Source: a virus (taxonomy: Duplodnaviria; Caudoviricetes). Taken from it: DNA of 25,231 nt. The translations under genes and the position numbers were made by a program. Below the pieces are notes generated by a model that ran no database searches, was not told the DNA's origin, and saw nothing but the letters and a program-made list of their open reading frames with translations. The stretch lies in IMG/VR virus record IMGVR_UViG_3300047507_000084, positions 1-25,231 of that record, one strand, 5' to 3'. This document shows, in pieces, positions 23,865-25,231 of the stretch; the stretch's first letter is position 1; each line of letters begins with the position of its first letter.

Positions 23865-24701
23865 TCATATCTTCATCATGATCGGGACGTTCCTGATCCG
23901 GACGCCCGGGATGGTCGCCAGGTCCTTGAATAGCCGCGCGGCATCGCCTAACTTCCTCGGATCGGGGCTGCAGTATTCCCGCGGGACCAGATTGGCGTCC
24001 GTCACTTCGGCGACCCAATGATCCCGTTGCGTCTGGCCGTCGAGTTTGATCTTTTCCTTCACTTCAGGCGCGGCGGCGATGATCGCCGATTCCTCAGCCG
24101 CAGCCTTGTCGAGAATTGTTGCAAGTTCAGCATCGGCTTTCCGTTGGGCTTCCGCGGCCTCGCGCCGGATCCTGTCGGCCTCGGCCTGCGCCCGCCGGCG
24201 CGCCGCTTCATCCTTCTGGGCAGCAGCCCTGATTTCGGCGTCCTGGGCTTCCTTCTCTGCCCGATCCCTTTCCCGGCGGGCTCGCTCTTCGCGTTCCTGG
24301 GCCTCGAGGATGGCCTGCTCCTGGAGGCGCATCTTTTCTGCCCCCAACCGGCGGACCTCTTCTTCGGCCTCCAGCCGTTTCTTTTTTTCTTCATAGAGAT
24401 AGTTCGCGGCCTCCCGATCCAGGCGCTTGACTTCGGGCTCGATCCTGGCCAACAGATTCCTTTTGTCGGCGCAGAATTTGTCCCAGGGCTGTCGGGCTTT
24501 CGCGATCAGCGGATCGTAAACGACCCCGATGGCCTTTATGATGTTTTTCCCCAGCTGAATAATTTCATTGGCCTGTTCCAGGCTCGGCCGGTCCGTCACC
24601 CGCAATATCGCCGTGTCGATCGTGTAGGATCCGACCAGGATCTCGACCTTGTTCGGCTCCAGGTCCGCCATGGGAATCATGACTGTCGTTTTGTCGTTCA
24701 T
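23865..24701 (-). CDS. Coiled-coil phage early protein
   Basis: Long E/R/A-rich helix; C-terminal W.AEVTD..LVPREY..PD..IPGVRI pattern common in phage recombination modules; AAGGAGG RBS. Confidence 0.75.
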   Translation of the reverse strand: MNDKTTVMIPMADLEPNKVEILVGSYTIDTAILRVTDRPSLEQANEIIQLGKNIIKAIGVVYDPLIAKARQPWDKFCADKRNLLARIEPEVKRLDREAANYLYEEKKKRLEAEEEVRRLGAEKMRLQEQAILEAQEREERARRERDRAEKEAQDAEIRAAAQKDEAARRRAQAEADRIRREAAEAQRKADAELATILDKAAAEESAIIAAAPEVKEKIKLDGQTQRDHWVAEVTDANLVPREYCSPDPRKLGDAARLFKDLATIPGVRIRNVPIMMKI

Positions 24702-24711
24702 TTTTCCTCCT

Positions 24712-25230
24712 TTATTTTTCCGGGCCTACACGTTCTATTTTCGTGATTGTGATTTCCCGCTTTTCGGCATAAGGTTCTTTTATCTCTTTTGGGATTTCAA
24801 AAAAAGTTCTTTGTTGTTTTGTAGTAGTTATGGCGATATCCTCGACTATCGCATTCCAACCATGATATCGGCCAGGTTTTTCCGAAGTGCCGATCAGCTT
24901 CCTCTTGGCTTCCTCATAACGTTCATGCCATTTTTTCAATCCCAAAAAATCTTCAAGTTCCGGGATCTCGTTCATCGGGATCTCCCGGTACTCGGTCGCC
25001 TTGAGCGGTTGGCAGAGATGCGAGAAATCGCACATGCCGCAGATCTGCGCGTCAAAGGGGATCGGGGGTGGGTAGGTGCCGGCGTCGACGTGCCGGTTCA
25101 CGTCCTCGATCTTCTTGAAGTCGGCGTCGGCCAACAAATAATCCAGAAGCATCGGCAGAATCCGCGGCCGCTTCCCGAAGGTCTTGAGAATGAAAAAACC
25201 GAACGGGCTGCCGGAGCTGTAAAGATAGGC
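24712..25230 (-). CDS. Cas4-like / PD-(D/E)XK exonuclease, 5'-truncated at window edge
   Basis: Frame stays open to the edge ([29 protein letters not shown]..); [10 protein letters not shown] matches the CxxCxxxxxC Fe-S motif of Cas4/AddB-type nucleases; catalytic motifs are outside the window. Confidence 0.6.
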   Translation of the reverse strand, partial: AYLYSSGSPFGFFILKTFGKRPRILPMLLDYLLADADFKKIEDVNRHVDAGTYPPPIPFDAQICGMCDFSHLCQPLKATEYREIPMNEIPELEDFLGLKKWHERYEEAKRKLIGTSEKPGRYHGWNAIVEDIAITTTKQQRTFFEIPKEIKEPYAEKREITITKIERVGPEK

Positions 25231-25231
25231 G

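Noticed and set aside
23437-24018. 193-aa ORF spanning the structured element
   Set aside because: Overlaps the 278-aa gene; a strong RBS supports the shorter start at 23646
1-25231. CRISPR array, diversity-generating retroelement, integrase/att site, intron or intein
   Set aside because: No spaced direct repeats, reverse transcriptase, integrase or splicing motifs seen by eye; TerL and portal are of ordinary length

Overview
A 25-kb fragment of a tailed dsDNA phage or prophage with GC-rich DNA; the host cannot be determined from this window. All credible genes lie on the minus strand, and the long plus-strand ORFs look like antisense shadows. Read right to left, it contains: (1) an early/replication region with a partial Cas4-like nuclease, a replication initiator with internal repeats, a helicase-loader-like gene, a RusA-like resolvase, an RlpA-like lytic transglycosylase, a Gp37/Gp68 protein, an ECF-sigma/LuxR regulator, a radical SAM protein, a large ParB and many small ORFs; (2) a candidate late promoter and lysis cassette (amidase, spanin-like pair, holin-like gene); (3) a head module (ParB-N, TerS, TerL, portal, MuF-like protein); (4) an AT-richer cassette of fibre/beta-helix proteins carrying signal peptides; and (5) a >=602-aa ORF at 1-1806 that is absent from the ORF track. 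That ORF fuses Pol-beta nucleotidyltransferase, class I SAM methyltransferase, ASCH-like and LigD 3'-phosphoesterase-like domains at the position where a prohead protease or capsid gene is expected, and is the best candidate for a new system (a virion-delivered nucleic-acid end-repair/modification polyprotein). A ~200-nt multi-stem intergenic RNA candidate at 23663-23860 is the second highlight. All family calls come from motif recognition by eye, not from database searches.
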